DNA of 45,950 nt from Myxococcota bacterium (lineage in GTDB: Bacteria; Myxococcota; XYA12-FULL-58-9; JALHOP01), in contig JBGGMJ010000196.1 of assembly GCA_041288095.1 (NCBI GenBank), forward strand, positions 1 through 45,950, written 5' to 3'. The notes below the pieces were generated by a model that was given only the letters and a program-made list of their open reading frames with translations, was not told the DNA's origin and made no database searches. Position numbers and translations under genes: made by a program. The number at the start of each line of letters is the position of its first letter. Position 1 is the stretch's first letter. Positions 34,952 to 44,386 of this stretch are shown here, in pieces.

Positions 34952-35251
34952 CTAGTCTTCCAAGACGCAGCCGAACCCTTCGTCGTAGCGCGCCGTCGCG
35001 TGCGCGAGGCCCAGTGTGCTGGCGCGGACGCGGCCTTCGCCGGCGGTCCATTTCACCAATGTATCCGCGGGACTCTCGGGCTCGCGCGCACAGCTCTCGA
35101 GACTGCGCCCCGAAACGTAGAGGCACGAGCAAACCTGCTTTGCTGTATAACCCGCGCCCACCGTAACCAGGGTTACGAGGCGCGGGCCGACGACCACTCC
35201 GGCGCCCGCCAAGAGAATGACGACGGCTGAAATGATCAGTGATTTCTTCAT
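34952..35251 (-). CDS. Small membrane-anchored protein resembling the N-terminal accessory domain of some serine hydrolases
   Basis: TM anchor; GAGYTAKQVCSCLYVSGR ... ARYDEGFGCVL. Confidence 0.75.
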   Translation of the reverse strand: MKKSLIISAVVILLAGAGVVVGPRLVTLVTVGAGYTAKQVCSCLYVSGRSLESCAREPESPADTLVKWTAGEGRVRASTLGLAHATARYDEGFGCVLED

Positions 35252-35293
35252 CGGTCCGCCCCTTCTAACGCTCGCTGCAGTCCGAGGCCAACC

Positions 35294-36430
35294 GTGAGCC
35301 CGCTCGCCCCGGTCGCCGCGATCATTCTCAGTGCCACGCTGACACCCCTGCCCCCGCAGGACCTCGCCATCCCCCTTCCGACCCGCGAATGGCCGACAGG
35401 CAAGCCGCGCGGCGCCGACGAAGCGACCCTGGCCCGCCTCGTCGCCTTGACCGATGTTCATGACCCGGCCCTCGGAGAGACGCGCGCCATCGTCGTGGTG
35501 CAGCACGGCATCATCGTGGCCGAGCGTTACGCGCCCGACATCACCGCCGACACGCGCCTGGTGTCGTGGTCGATGGCAAAATCGATCACCCAGGCTCTCG
35601 TCGGCGTCGCGGTAGGCGACGGCTCGGTCGATATCGACGAGCCGATGGGCAATCCGCTATGGCCGACGAGCGATCCGCGCGCCGCAATCACCTGGCGGCA
35701 GTGGCTCAACATGACCGACGGCCTCGACTACCGTGAGATGCGCACCGGGCCGACGACCAACGACGCGGCGAAGATGACCTTCGGCAAGGGCCGTCACGAC
35801 ATCATCGCCTACGCGGCTTCGCTGCCGCTCGTACACCCGCCGGGTGAGGTGTGGAACTACAACTCGGCGGGGACGAACCTGGTGGCGAACGCCTTGGGCC
35901 GGGTCATCGCGCCGAGCGCGCGGACCCCGAACGAGCGGCGTGCGTCGATGCTCGCCTTCATGAAGACCCGCCTCTTCGACGTCATCGGCATGACCTCGGC
36001 GCAGCCCGAGTTCGATCCCCAAGGCTCCTTCATCGGCGGATCGCTCGTGTACGCGACAGCACGCGACTTCGCGAAGTTCGGGCTCTTGTACCTGCGTGAC
36101 GGGGTCTGGGACGGCAAGCGCGTGTTGCCCCAGGGCTGGGTGGACTTCGCGCGCACCAAATCACCCGCCGCCAACGTCGATACCTATGGCGCCGGCTGGT
36201 GGATCGCCGCCGCCGAGGGGCACGGCAGACCCTACGACGCGCTCACGATGGGGCCCTGGCGCGACGTCTTTTCGGCCGAGGGGCACCGAGGCCAGCTCAT
36301 CGTCGTCGTGCCTTCGAAGGACTTGGTCATCGTGCGCCTCGGCAAGCTCGCGGGCGAAGGCATGTGGGGCGCCCTCGGCCGCTTCACCGACGAGCTGATC
36401 GGGACCTTTCCCAATGCCACAGTGCCATGA
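35294..36430 (+). CDS. Serine hydrolase, beta-lactamase class C-like family
   Basis: SWSMAKS (SxxK), WNYNS, TARDFAKFG.LYL.DG.W.G, AEGHRGQ...VVPSKDLVIVR. Confidence 0.92.
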   Translation: MSPLAPVAAIILSATLTPLPPQDLAIPLPTREWPTGKPRGADEATLARLVALTDVHDPALGETRAIVVVQHGIIVAERYAPDITADTRLVSWSMAKSITQALVGVAVGDGSVDIDEPMGNPLWPTSDPRAAITWRQWLNMTDGLDYREMRTGPTTNDAAKMTFGKGRHDIIAYAASLPLVHPPGEVWNYNSAGTNLVANALGRVIAPSARTPNERRASMLAFMKTRLFDVIGMTSAQPEFDPQGSFIGGSLVYATARDFAKFGLLYLRDGVWDGKRVLPQGWVDFARTKSPAANVDTYGAGWWIAAAEGHGRPYDALTMGPWRDVFSAEGHRGQLIVVVPSKDLVIVRLGKLAGEGMWGALGRFTDELIGTFPNATVP

Positions 36431-36450
36431 TTTTGCTCATGAATTGAAAG

Positions 36451-36477
36451 GCACCAGGGAGAGGCAAGCGGCGATAA
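36451..36477 (+). promoter_or_regulatory. sigma28-like promoter motif, copy 4
   Basis: GCAC-N15-GGCGATAA, 9 nt before ATG 36487. Confidence 0.4.
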
Positions 36478-36486
36478 CCGAGGAAC

Positions 36487-37326
36487 ATGCTGACCGCCGC
36501 CAAACGCCCCGAGCACATCATCGCCGCAGCGTGGGCGTCGCAGTATCTGCGGGAGCGCGGCGTCGCGGTCGTGCATGTCCAAGCGGCGGGCGTGCGTTTC
36601 GAACAGCCCGAGCTGGCGGCGGCGGAGCTTTGCCGGACGTGGCTCGCGGAGCCACGCAAGGAGCACCTGCTCACCAAGCTCTACAAACCGCTCAGTCGAT
36701 TGCATGACTGGGTGGTCAAATGGTGGAAGGGTGACCGCCCGGAAACCCTCGCGCTTCCGCCCCCGCGAACGACCTGGCTGCCGGAGAATATCCGCGATAG
36801 CGTAAAGCTCGAGGTCGCGATAGCTGACGGCCGTCGGACCGTCGTCAACGTCCCGTTCATCCGCCGCGCCGAGACCATGTCGCTCATCGGCATGTCGTCG
36901 GCGTTTACGGTCGGCGCCGCGGTCATCCCAATCCCCGCCGTAGGCAATCTCTTTCTCATCCCCGGTGTCATCACCGCCGCGCTGCGAGCGGCCTTCGGCT
37001 ACGGCAAGGGTGATGTCGCGGCGGGCAACGCCGCACTCCTGACGGGAGTGAAGCTCGCGCTCTTTTGCGCGGCTGATTGTGTTCCCGTCGTTGCCAACGC
37101 CACTTTCACGGCTACCTTGGCAAGGACACGCTCCGCGTTCGAGCACTACCGCGCGGGCGAGGACTTGATTGACACCGAGAAGGCCGAAAAGGAGCTCGAG
37201 GCTCTGACCGGATCGCGGCAGCCTCTACTTACCCATGCGGTGGAAACGCCCGTTGATCATCGCTTGCGCGACCCTGACGGGCATCTATCTCCTGTGGTTG
37301 CTGATCGCGACGTGGTTCGTCCGTGA
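36487..37326 (+). CDS. Hypothetical protein with central hydrophobic hairpins
   Basis: GAGGA SD; 279 aa; no signal peptide; overlaps the next gene by 92 bp. Confidence 0.7.
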   Translation: MLTAAKRPEHIIAAAWASQYLRERGVAVVHVQAAGVRFEQPELAAAELCRTWLAEPRKEHLLTKLYKPLSRLHDWVVKWWKGDRPETLALPPPRTTWLPENIRDSVKLEVAIADGRRTVVNVPFIRRAETMSLIGMSSAFTVGAAVIPIPAVGNLFLIPGVITAALRAAFGYGKGDVAAGNAALLTGVKLALFCAADCVPVVANATFTATLARTRSAFEHYRAGEDLIDTEKAEKELEALTGSRQPLLTHAVETPVDHRLRDPDGHLSPVVADRDVVRP

Positions 37327-38593
37327 CGGGCTGAAGCGCATCAACAGCGCTCAGCCCTACGTTACCTTCACCATGGGCGCCGCTGTGTCGTGGTGGCCGG
37401 GACGGCTCTCGGGCACCGATCTGCACGTCGTCATCCACGACACCGACGTCGAGCTCGACATGCACTTCGACCGGTTCGCGCTGGACGTCGAGCTACGCCC
37501 CCTCGCGAACCTCCGCTTCGTCACCCACGCGACGCGCCTCGATGGCGTAAGCTTTTACTTCCGCCAGACGCGCAAGGTGCCGGAGCTCTGCAAGCACCCG
37601 AGCTTACCGCCCATCACCGGGCAGGCGTCGGCGAACGCTCCCGACTGCTTGGCGCAGAAAGAGACCGCGCTGCCGCCGCAGGGTGGAGGCCCGGAGGGAA
37701 TTTGGCGCCTGCATCTCGGCGGTATCGAGCTGACCGACGTGCGCGACGTGTGGGTCGAATATGTCCGCTTTCGCGGCAAGGGCGGGGTCAGCGGTCGCAT
37801 GTACTTGTGGCCGACGCAGGAGCTGGATCTCGCGAGCGAGTCGGCGCACTGGGACGACATGACGGTGACGCTCGGGGCGGAGCAGCCGCTCGCGCTGGTG
37901 AAGAGCGTCGACGTCGCGACGGTGATGCGCGACATGGAGGTCCCCAAGCACCGCATCTGGGAAGAAATCGTGAGCGCCGACATCGTCGCCAGCGGCGCGA
38001 TGCTGCAGCTCGCGCGACTCGGTGCCGGCGGTGTCGCCAAAACGGACCTCGAAGCGCACATGCGCGATGGGCTCGTGAGCGGCGTCACCGCGCGCGCGCA
38101 CAGCAACGATTTCTTCCTGCCGCTCGCCGGCAAGAAGCTGGCAGGTGTGCTCGATACGCACGTTCGCATCGACGGCGAGCAGCGCTCCCTGCGCATTCAC
38201 GAGGCCCGCGCGACACTCAAGCACGTCAAGGTCGATGACGAGCGCTTCGCGGACGCCGAGCTCGCGCTCTCGGCGCTGCCGGGCGGGCGCATCGATCCCA
38301 AGAACGGCCGAGGCAGGTTCGAGCTGGTGGCCAGCGGCAAGAGCGCAAAGCCGGTGCTCGCATTGATGCCGCCCACGTTCGGCGCCGCCATCGCGAAGCT
38401 CGCGGTCGGTCCCGACGCGGAGATTCATGGCGCGGCGAAGGTCGAAGCCACCCTGCCCAAGCTGGTCGCCGAGCCCTTCACCGTCCAAGGCGGGTCTCTC
38501 GATATCGCGGGGCGCATGGTGCTCACGCCGACGATGAGCGGCACCATGGTCGCCCGCGTCGGACCGATCGCGAAAAACATCGAGGTCAAGTAG
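37235..38593 (+). CDS. Membrane-anchored beta-rich protein (AsmA-like architecture)
   Basis: N-terminal basic + TM anchor followed by a long run of alternating beta-strands. Confidence 0.7.
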   Translation: MRWKRPLIIACATLTGIYLLWLLIATWFVRDGLKRINSAQPYVTFTMGAAVSWWPGRLSGTDLHVVIHDTDVELDMHFDRFALDVELRPLANLRFVTHATRLDGVSFYFRQTRKVPELCKHPSLPPITGQASANAPDCLAQKETALPPQGGGPEGIWRLHLGGIELTDVRDVWVEYVRFRGKGGVSGRMYLWPTQELDLASESAHWDDMTVTLGAEQPLALVKSVDVATVMRDMEVPKHRIWEEIVSADIVASGAMLQLARLGAGGVAKTDLEAHMRDGLVSGVTARAHSNDFFLPLAGKKLAGVLDTHVRIDGEQRSLRIHEARATLKHVKVDDERFADAELALSALPGGRIDPKNGRGRFELVASGKSAKPVLALMPPTFGAAIAKLAVGPDAEIHGAAKVEATLPKLVAEPFTVQGGSLDIAGRMVLTPTMSGTMVARVGPIAKNIEVK

Positions 38594-38633
38594 CCGTCGT
38601 CACTCACGTTTTAACAAAACAGTGATCCGGTTA

Positions 38634-38662
38634 TTGATTAAATCAAACGTTTGTTTTAAATA
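38634..38662 (+). promoter_or_regulatory. sigma70-type promoter overlapped by a palindromic TetR-type operator
   Basis: TTGATT-N17-TAAATA; near-perfect palindrome TTAAATCAAACGTTTGTTTTAA at 38638-38659. Confidence 0.7.
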
Positions 38663-38669
38663 ACTGTTC

Positions 38670-39383
38670 ATGGCAGCCCGACGCGCAAGCTCCGAGTCAC
38701 CCGATGCCCGAGGCGAAGCCGCCCGTCAGGCGCTCATCATCGCCGCCCTCGAGAGCTTCGGCCGCTATGGCTTCGACGCGGCAAGCGTCCGTGACATCTG
38801 CGACCGCGCCGGCGCCAACGTCGCGGCGGTCAACTACCACTTCGGCAGCAAGGAAGGTCTCTACCTCGCCGTCGCCGAATTTCTGGCCAACGGCATGGCG
38901 ATGGGCACCGCGCACGTCCTCGAGCCCTCGCGCGTCTATCTCGCGACCGGCAAGCGCACCGCGGAGGCGACGGAGCAGCACCTCGGGGGCCTCTTGCGCG
39001 CGCTCGTCCTCTCGATGTTCGCCAACGTCCGCGACTCCTCCCCTGCCCTGTTCGTGTTGCGCGAGCAGTCCGAGCCGACGTCCGCTTTCGCGTTGATCTT
39101 CGAGAGGCTGCTCAAGCCCATGCACGAGACCATCACCGCGCTGGTCGCCGATCGGATCGGTATCGCCGCGACGGACCTCGAAGCCGTCATCCGCGCGCAC
39201 GCGCTCATCAGCCAGTGCGTCGGCTTCAAGGCGGCCAAAGCAGCTCTGCAGAAACGGACCGGTTGGAGCTCCGCGGATGATCCGGGCCAAGACAACGTCG
39301 AGCTCATCGCCGATGTCGTGGTCGAGCACTCGATTGGAGCGTTGCGCGCCGTCGCCGCCGGCAAACGACGTGGAGGAAAATAG
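38670..39383 (+). CDS. TetR-family regulator, CecR/YbiH-like
   Basis: HTH F...GF..ASVRDI...AGANVAAVNYHFGSKEGLY; heads a ybhGFSR-like operon. Confidence 0.88.
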   Translation: MAARRASSESPDARGEAARQALIIAALESFGRYGFDAASVRDICDRAGANVAAVNYHFGSKEGLYLAVAEFLANGMAMGTAHVLEPSRVYLATGKRTAEATEQHLGGLLRALVLSMFANVRDSSPALFVLREQSEPTSAFALIFERLLKPMHETITALVADRIGIAATDLEAVIRAHALISQCVGFKAAKAALQKRTGWSSADDPGQDNVELIADVVVEHSIGALRAVAAGKRRGGK

Positions 39384-39384
39384 G

Positions 39385-40413
39385 ATGAGTCCCCCCAGCA
39401 AAGTGAAGCGTGTCGTCCCCCTGGTCGTGCTCGCATCGCTCATCGGCGGCGCGTTCTGGTGGTGGCAAGGGCACCACGAGCAGCACCCCGAGAACATTTT
39501 CTACGGCAACGTGGACATCCGAGACGTTTCGCTGGCGTTCCGCGTTGGCGGACGGGTCGCGGCGGTGCTCAAGCGCGAAGGCGAGCAGGTCACGGCCGGC
39601 GAGGTCATCGCACGGCTCGACCCCGCGCCCTACCGCATCGCCCTCGATCAGGCGCTCGCCGGAGTCGACGCCGCGAAAGCGGCCGTGGCTCGGGCCGAAG
39701 CCGGATTCCGCCGCGAGGATATCGCCGAGGCGCGCGCCGTCCTCGAGCAACGACGCGCGACGAAGACACGCACCGAGGACGTGTTCACCCGCACTGAGCG
39801 GCTCTACGCCAGCTCCGCGGTGCCACAGCAAGAGCTCGACACCGCCAAGACGCGTCTCGACGAGTCACAAGCGGGCGTGAAGGCGGCCGAAGCTACTCTC
39901 GACCGCTTGGTCCGAGGCAACCGTATCGAAGACATCGCCGCGGTGCGCGCCGACCTGGCGCGCGCGGAAGCGGCTGCCGCCGCGGCGAGGCTCTCGCTCG
40001 AGGACGCCGAGCTCACGGCGCCGAGCGGCGGCACGGTGCTCACCCGCGTCATCGAGCCGGGCACCATGCTCGCGGCGGGTAACACCGTGCTCGTGGTCTC
40101 GCTCGACGCGCCGGTCTGGGTACGTGCGTTCGCGCCCGAGCCCGCTCTCGGTAAGCTCGTGCCGGGCACGCCCGTCCAGGTCACGACCGACAGTCAGCCG
40201 GACCACCCCTACCCCGGCCACGTCGGCTATGTCGCGGCTCAAGCGGAGTTCACACCCAAGAACGTCGAGACCACCGAGCTGCGAACCTCGCTGGTCTATC
40301 GCTTCCGCGTCGTCGTCGACGCTCCAGATAGCGCCCTGCGCCAGGGCATGCCGGTCACCATTCGTCTCGAGGAGAAATCGCCCACGCCGGTGGCGGCTGG
40401 GTCCGCGCCGTGA
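39385..40413 (+). CDS. ybhG: HlyD-family membrane fusion protein, YbhG-like
   Basis: YGNVDIRDVSLAFRVGGR, AEFTPKNVET.ELRT.LVYR, LRQGMPVT. Confidence 0.88.
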   Translation: MSPPSKVKRVVPLVVLASLIGGAFWWWQGHHEQHPENIFYGNVDIRDVSLAFRVGGRVAAVLKREGEQVTAGEVIARLDPAPYRIALDQALAGVDAAKAAVARAEAGFRREDIAEARAVLEQRRATKTRTEDVFTRTERLYASSAVPQQELDTAKTRLDESQAGVKAAEATLDRLVRGNRIEDIAAVRADLARAEAAAAAARLSLEDAELTAPSGGTVLTRVIEPGTMLAAGNTVLVVSLDAPVWVRAFAPEPALGKLVPGTPVQVTTDSQPDHPYPGHVGYVAAQAEFTPKNVETTELRTSLVYRFRVVVDAPDSALRQGMPVTIRLEEKSPTPVAAGSAP

Positions 40414-42146
40414 GCGCCGCGCCCGCGCTTACCGGTGACACGTCCGTCATCGCGTACGCCCGTGGTCTGGAAAAACACTTCCCCAAGGCAGCGAAGCCCG
40501 CGCTTACGAACCTCGACATGGAGGCGCGCAGCGGCGCGGTGACCGGTCTCGTCGGACCCGACGGCGCCGGCAAGACGACGCTCATGCGACTCTTCGCGGG
40601 TCTCCTGGTGCCGACGAGCGGTGAGCTCCGTGTCCTAGGCAAGGATCCCGCGCACCAAGCTGACGCTCTGCGCGACAGCATCGGCTACATGCCCCAGAAG
40701 TTCGGCCTCTACGAAGACCTCACGGTGCACGAGAACCTCGATCTCTACGCCGACCTCAAGAACATCGCCGGTAAGGAGCGTGACGAGACCTTCGAGCGCC
40801 TGCTCGCGTTCACCGATCTCCAGCGCTTCACGGACCGCCAGGCCGGCAAGCTGTCGGGCGGCATGAAGCAGAAGCTCGGCCTCGCTTGTACGCTATTGGG
40901 GACACCGCGCCTCCTGTTGCTCGACGAGCCGGGGGTCGGCGTCGATCCGATCTCCCGCCGCGAGCTCTGGCGGATGGTGCGCGAGCTCTTGCGCGAAGGC
41001 ATGGCGGTGGTCTGGAGCACCGCTTATCTCGACGAAGCCGAGGCGTGTGACGGGGTGGTGCTGCTCAACGAGGGCGAGGCTCTGTTCGCTGGAGCGCCCG
41101 CCGAGCTCAACGCGCGAACCCACGGCCGCGTCTTTGCGCTCAGCGGCTTCACTGGGTCGGCGCGCGGCGCGCTACGCAGCGCCCGTCACGATCCGGCGAG
41201 CATGGACGGCGTCGTTCAGGGTCATGCTGTTCGCTTGCTCGCAAAGCCCGGCGCGACGCTGCATCCCGAAAGCTACGGCGTCGCAGGGGGGCGGCTCGCG
41301 AAAATCGCATCGCGCTTCGAGGACGGCTTCATCGACCTCTTGGGCGGCGTGCCCGTCGTCGACTCTCCACTTGCCAAGCTCATCCCCGAGCGGCCGCGCG
41401 ACGGCGCGGTGGTCATCGCCACCAAGAGCCTCACCAAACAGTTCGGCGAGTTCCGCGCCGCCGACGACATCACGCTCGAGGTGCGTCGGGGCGAGATCTT
41501 CGGCCTGCTCGGTCCGAACGGCGCCGGCAAGTCCACGACCTTCAAGATGCTCTGCGGCCTCTTGGCACCGACCTCCGGCGAAGCCAAGGTCGCGGGTGTC
41601 GACCTCCGCCATAGCCGCAGCACCGCCCGCCAGCGCCTCGGCTACATGGCCCAGAAGTTTTCCCTCTACGGAAATCTCTCGGTCCACAACAACCTCGAGT
41701 TCTTCGCAGGCGCCTACGGCCTCGCCGGACGCGCGGCGAGCAATGCCATCGACCGCATGATCGACACGTTCGAGCTCGGTGACATTCGCGACACCGCTAC
41801 TCAGGACTTGCCGCTGGGCTTCAAGCAGCGCTTGTCGCTCGCCGCGGCGCTACTGCACGGCCCCGAGATCTTGTTCCTCGACGAGCCGACCTCGGGCGTC
41901 GACCCGGTCACGCGGCGTGAGTTCTGGACACACATCAACGGCGTCGTCGAGCGCGGCGTCACCGTGCTGGTCACGACCCATTTCATGGACGAGGCGGAGT
42001 TCTGCGACCGCCTCACGCTGATCTCGCGCGGCCGGCAGATCGCGAGCGGCACCCCCGACGAGGTGAAGGCGCGCGCCGCTACAGCGGACACGCCGGACCC
42101 GACCATGGAAGACGCCTTCATCGCGTTGATCAAAGGAGATCAGTGA
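40410..42146 (+). CDS. ybhF: Tandem ABC ATPase, YbhF-like
   Basis: Two NBDs: GPDGAGKTT/LSGGMKQ and GPNGAGKST/LPLGFKQR. Confidence 0.9.
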   Translation: MSAAPALTGDTSVIAYARGLEKHFPKAAKPALTNLDMEARSGAVTGLVGPDGAGKTTLMRLFAGLLVPTSGELRVLGKDPAHQADALRDSIGYMPQKFGLYEDLTVHENLDLYADLKNIAGKERDETFERLLAFTDLQRFTDRQAGKLSGGMKQKLGLACTLLGTPRLLLLDEPGVGVDPISRRELWRMVRELLREGMAVVWSTAYLDEAEACDGVVLLNEGEALFAGAPAELNARTHGRVFALSGFTGSARGALRSARHDPASMDGVVQGHAVRLLAKPGATLHPESYGVAGGRLAKIASRFEDGFIDLLGGVPVVDSPLAKLIPERPRDGAVVIATKSLTKQFGEFRAADDITLEVRRGEIFGLLGPNGAGKSTTFKMLCGLLAPTSGEAKVAGVDLRHSRSTARQRLGYMAQKFSLYGNLSVHNNLEFFAGAYGLAGRAASNAIDRMIDTFELGDIRDTATQDLPLGFKQRLSLAAALLHGPEILFLDEPTSGVDPVTRREFWTHINGVVERGVTVLVTTHFMDEAEFCDRLTLISRGRQIASGTPDEVKARAATADTPDPTMEDAFIALIKGDQ

Positions 42147-43270
42147 TGCGGTACCGCCTGCGCCGCATCGTCACGCTCTGCAAGAAAGAGAGCGTGCAGA
42201 TCGTCCGTGACCCGAGCGCCCTGCTCATCGCGGTCGTCTTCCCCGTCGTCCTTCTCTTTCTCTTCGCCTACGGCATCAACTTCGACGCCGGCGCCGTGCG
42301 GCTCGGCATCGTGCTCGAGGACGACAGCCCCGCGGCGCGACGCTTCTCCGAGACTTTTTCGTCGAGCCCTTATTTCGACGTCACGCTCGGCTACGACGTG
42401 GACTCCATGGCGGACCTGCTACGGTCCGAGCGCGTTCGTGGCTTTCTCGTCGTGCGCGGCGACTTCGGGCGGCGGCTCGAGGCCCCGGGCGAATCGCCGT
42501 CGGTGCAGCTCATCACCGATGGCTCCGAGCCAAACACCGCGAGCTTCGTCGCCGGCTACGTGCGCGGTGCTTACGCCATCTGGCGTCGCGAGCACGCCCT
42601 CGAGAGCGGCCGGCCCCTGATTGCCGGGCTCACCATCGAGGAGCGCTACTGGTTCAACCCATCCACGGTGAGCCGCAACTTTCTCCTGCCGGGGTCCATC
42701 ACCATCATCATGACGGTCATCGGCGCCCTGCTCACCTCGATGGTGGTGGCACGCGAATGGGAGCGCGGCACCATGGAGGCTCTGCTCGCCGCGGGCGTCA
42801 CGCGCCTCGAGCTCATCACCTTCAAGCTCGTGCCGTACTTCGTGCTCGGCATGCTCTCGTTCACTTTGTGCATGGTGCTCACCATCAACGTGTTCGAGGT
42901 GCCGTTCCGCGGCTCGCTACTGCTCCTCTACTTCGTGGCCTCGACCTTCCTGCTCTCGGCGCTCGGCCTGGGCTTGCTCATCTCGACCGCCACCAAAAAT
43001 CAGTTCAACGCCGCCCAGGCCGCGCTCAACGCCGCGTTCCTGCCGGCCATGATGCTCTCGGGCTTCGTGTTCGAGATCGCCTCGATGCCCGCGCCGGTGC
43101 GCTTGTTCACGCGCATCATCCCCGCGCGTTACTTCGTGACCGCGATGCAGACGCTCTTTCAGGCGGGCGACGTCTGGAGCGTCATCGGCCCGGCGCTGTG
43201 GGGGCTCACCGGCGCCGCGGTCTTCTTTCTCGGTTTCACCTTCCTGATCACCCGCAGGAGGCTCGAGTGA
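42146..43270 (+). CDS. ybhS: ABC-2 permease, YbhS-like
   Basis: KE..QI.RDP, DGSEPNTA, VAREWERGTME.LL. Confidence 0.88.
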   Translation: MRYRLRRIVTLCKKESVQIVRDPSALLIAVVFPVVLLFLFAYGINFDAGAVRLGIVLEDDSPAARRFSETFSSSPYFDVTLGYDVDSMADLLRSERVRGFLVVRGDFGRRLEAPGESPSVQLITDGSEPNTASFVAGYVRGAYAIWRREHALESGRPLIAGLTIEERYWFNPSTVSRNFLLPGSITIIMTVIGALLTSMVVAREWERGTMEALLAAGVTRLELITFKLVPYFVLGMLSFTLCMVLTINVFEVPFRGSLLLLYFVASTFLLSALGLGLLISTATKNQFNAAQAALNAAFLPAMMLSGFVFEIASMPAPVRLFTRIIPARYFVTAMQTLFQAGDVWSVIGPALWGLTGAAVFFLGFTFLITRRRLE

Positions 43271-44376
43271 GTCCCGGATTCATCCGCGCCAAGGCGCTCA
43301 TCAAGAAAGAGCTGCGGGCGGTGCTGCGTGATCCGCAAAGCCGGCGCATGCTCATCGGTCCGGTCATCCTGCAGCTCGTGCTCTTTCCCGCCGCCGCGAC
43401 GCGCGAGGTAAAGAACAACGTCGTCGCCATCTACGACGAGGACGGCGGCGCCGTCACAGCCGAGATCACGCAGCGCCTCACCCAAACGCCCGCTTTCAGC
43501 AAGGTCGTGCGCGTCGGTAGCGACCAGGAGGCTCGGGCCATCATCGAACGGCAAGACGCCATCGCGGTGCTGCGCTTCGGCCCGCGGTTCTCGGCCGCGG
43601 TCGCTGAAGGACGGCCCGAGCCGGTGCAAGCCGTGCTCGATGGACGCCGCTCGAGCGCGGCGCAGATCGCCGTCGGCTATGTCGGCGAAGTCCTCGCGGG
43701 CATTCCGCTAAAGCAGACCCAAGCTTCCGCGTCGGGCGGCGGGCTTTTCGTCCGCCACTGGTTCAACCCCAACCTCGAATACTTTCGCTTCATCGTGCCG
43801 TCGCTGGTGGCCATCATCACGACCCTGAGCGCCCTCATCGTCACCGCCATGTCCGTATCGCGCGAGCGTGAGCAGGGCACCCTCGAGCAGCTGCTGGTCT
43901 CGCCGCTCACGCCGTCGCTCATTTTCTTCGGCAAGGCAGTGCCGGCGCTGTTCATCGCGGCCGCGCAAGCGACCATCATCCTCTCCGGCGGCGTGTTCAT
44001 TTACGGCATCCCCTTCCAGGGGGCGCTCGGTCTGCTCTACCTGTGCATGGTCGCCTACGTCGCGGCGCTGGCGGGTATCGGCCTGCTCATCTCGAGCTTC
44101 GCGTCGACGCAGCAGCAAGCGTTCCTGGGAACCTTCTGCTTCGTCATGCCGGCGATCTTGATCTCGGGCTACATCTCGCCGGTCGACAACATGCCCTCTT
44201 GGCTGCGGACAGTCGCGCAGGGAAACCCGCTCCTGCACTTCATCGTCATCGTCAAAGGCCTCTACTTGAAAGCCGCGCCGTTCAGCGACCTCGTGGGGCA
44301 TGTGGGCGCCTTGATGCTCATCGCCTGCGTGACGACCGCGGCCGCGCTGTTGGTGTTTCGTCGTCGCCTCGCTTAA
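43267..44376 (+). CDS. ybhR: ABC-2 permease, YbhR-like
   Basis: GTGA overlap; DGRRS, WFNPNL, REREQGTLEQLLVSP, SGYISPVDNMP. Confidence 0.88.
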   Translation: MSPGFIRAKALIKKELRAVLRDPQSRRMLIGPVILQLVLFPAAATREVKNNVVAIYDEDGGAVTAEITQRLTQTPAFSKVVRVGSDQEARAIIERQDAIAVLRFGPRFSAAVAEGRPEPVQAVLDGRRSSAAQIAVGYVGEVLAGIPLKQTQASASGGGLFVRHWFNPNLEYFRFIVPSLVAIITTLSALIVTAMSVSREREQGTLEQLLVSPLTPSLIFFGKAVPALFIAAAQATIILSGGVFIYGIPFQGALGLLYLCMVAYVAALAGIGLLISSFASTQQQAFLGTFCFVMPAILISGYISPVDNMPSWLRTVAQGNPLLHFIVIVKGLYLKAAPFSDLVGHVGALMLIACVTTAAALLVFRRRLA

Positions 44377-44386
44377 ATGCCCCACA

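Noticed and set aside
38608..38637. TTTAACAAAA resembling a XerD arm of dif
   Set aside because: No matching XerC arm; better explained as AT-rich sequence upstream of the TetR promoter
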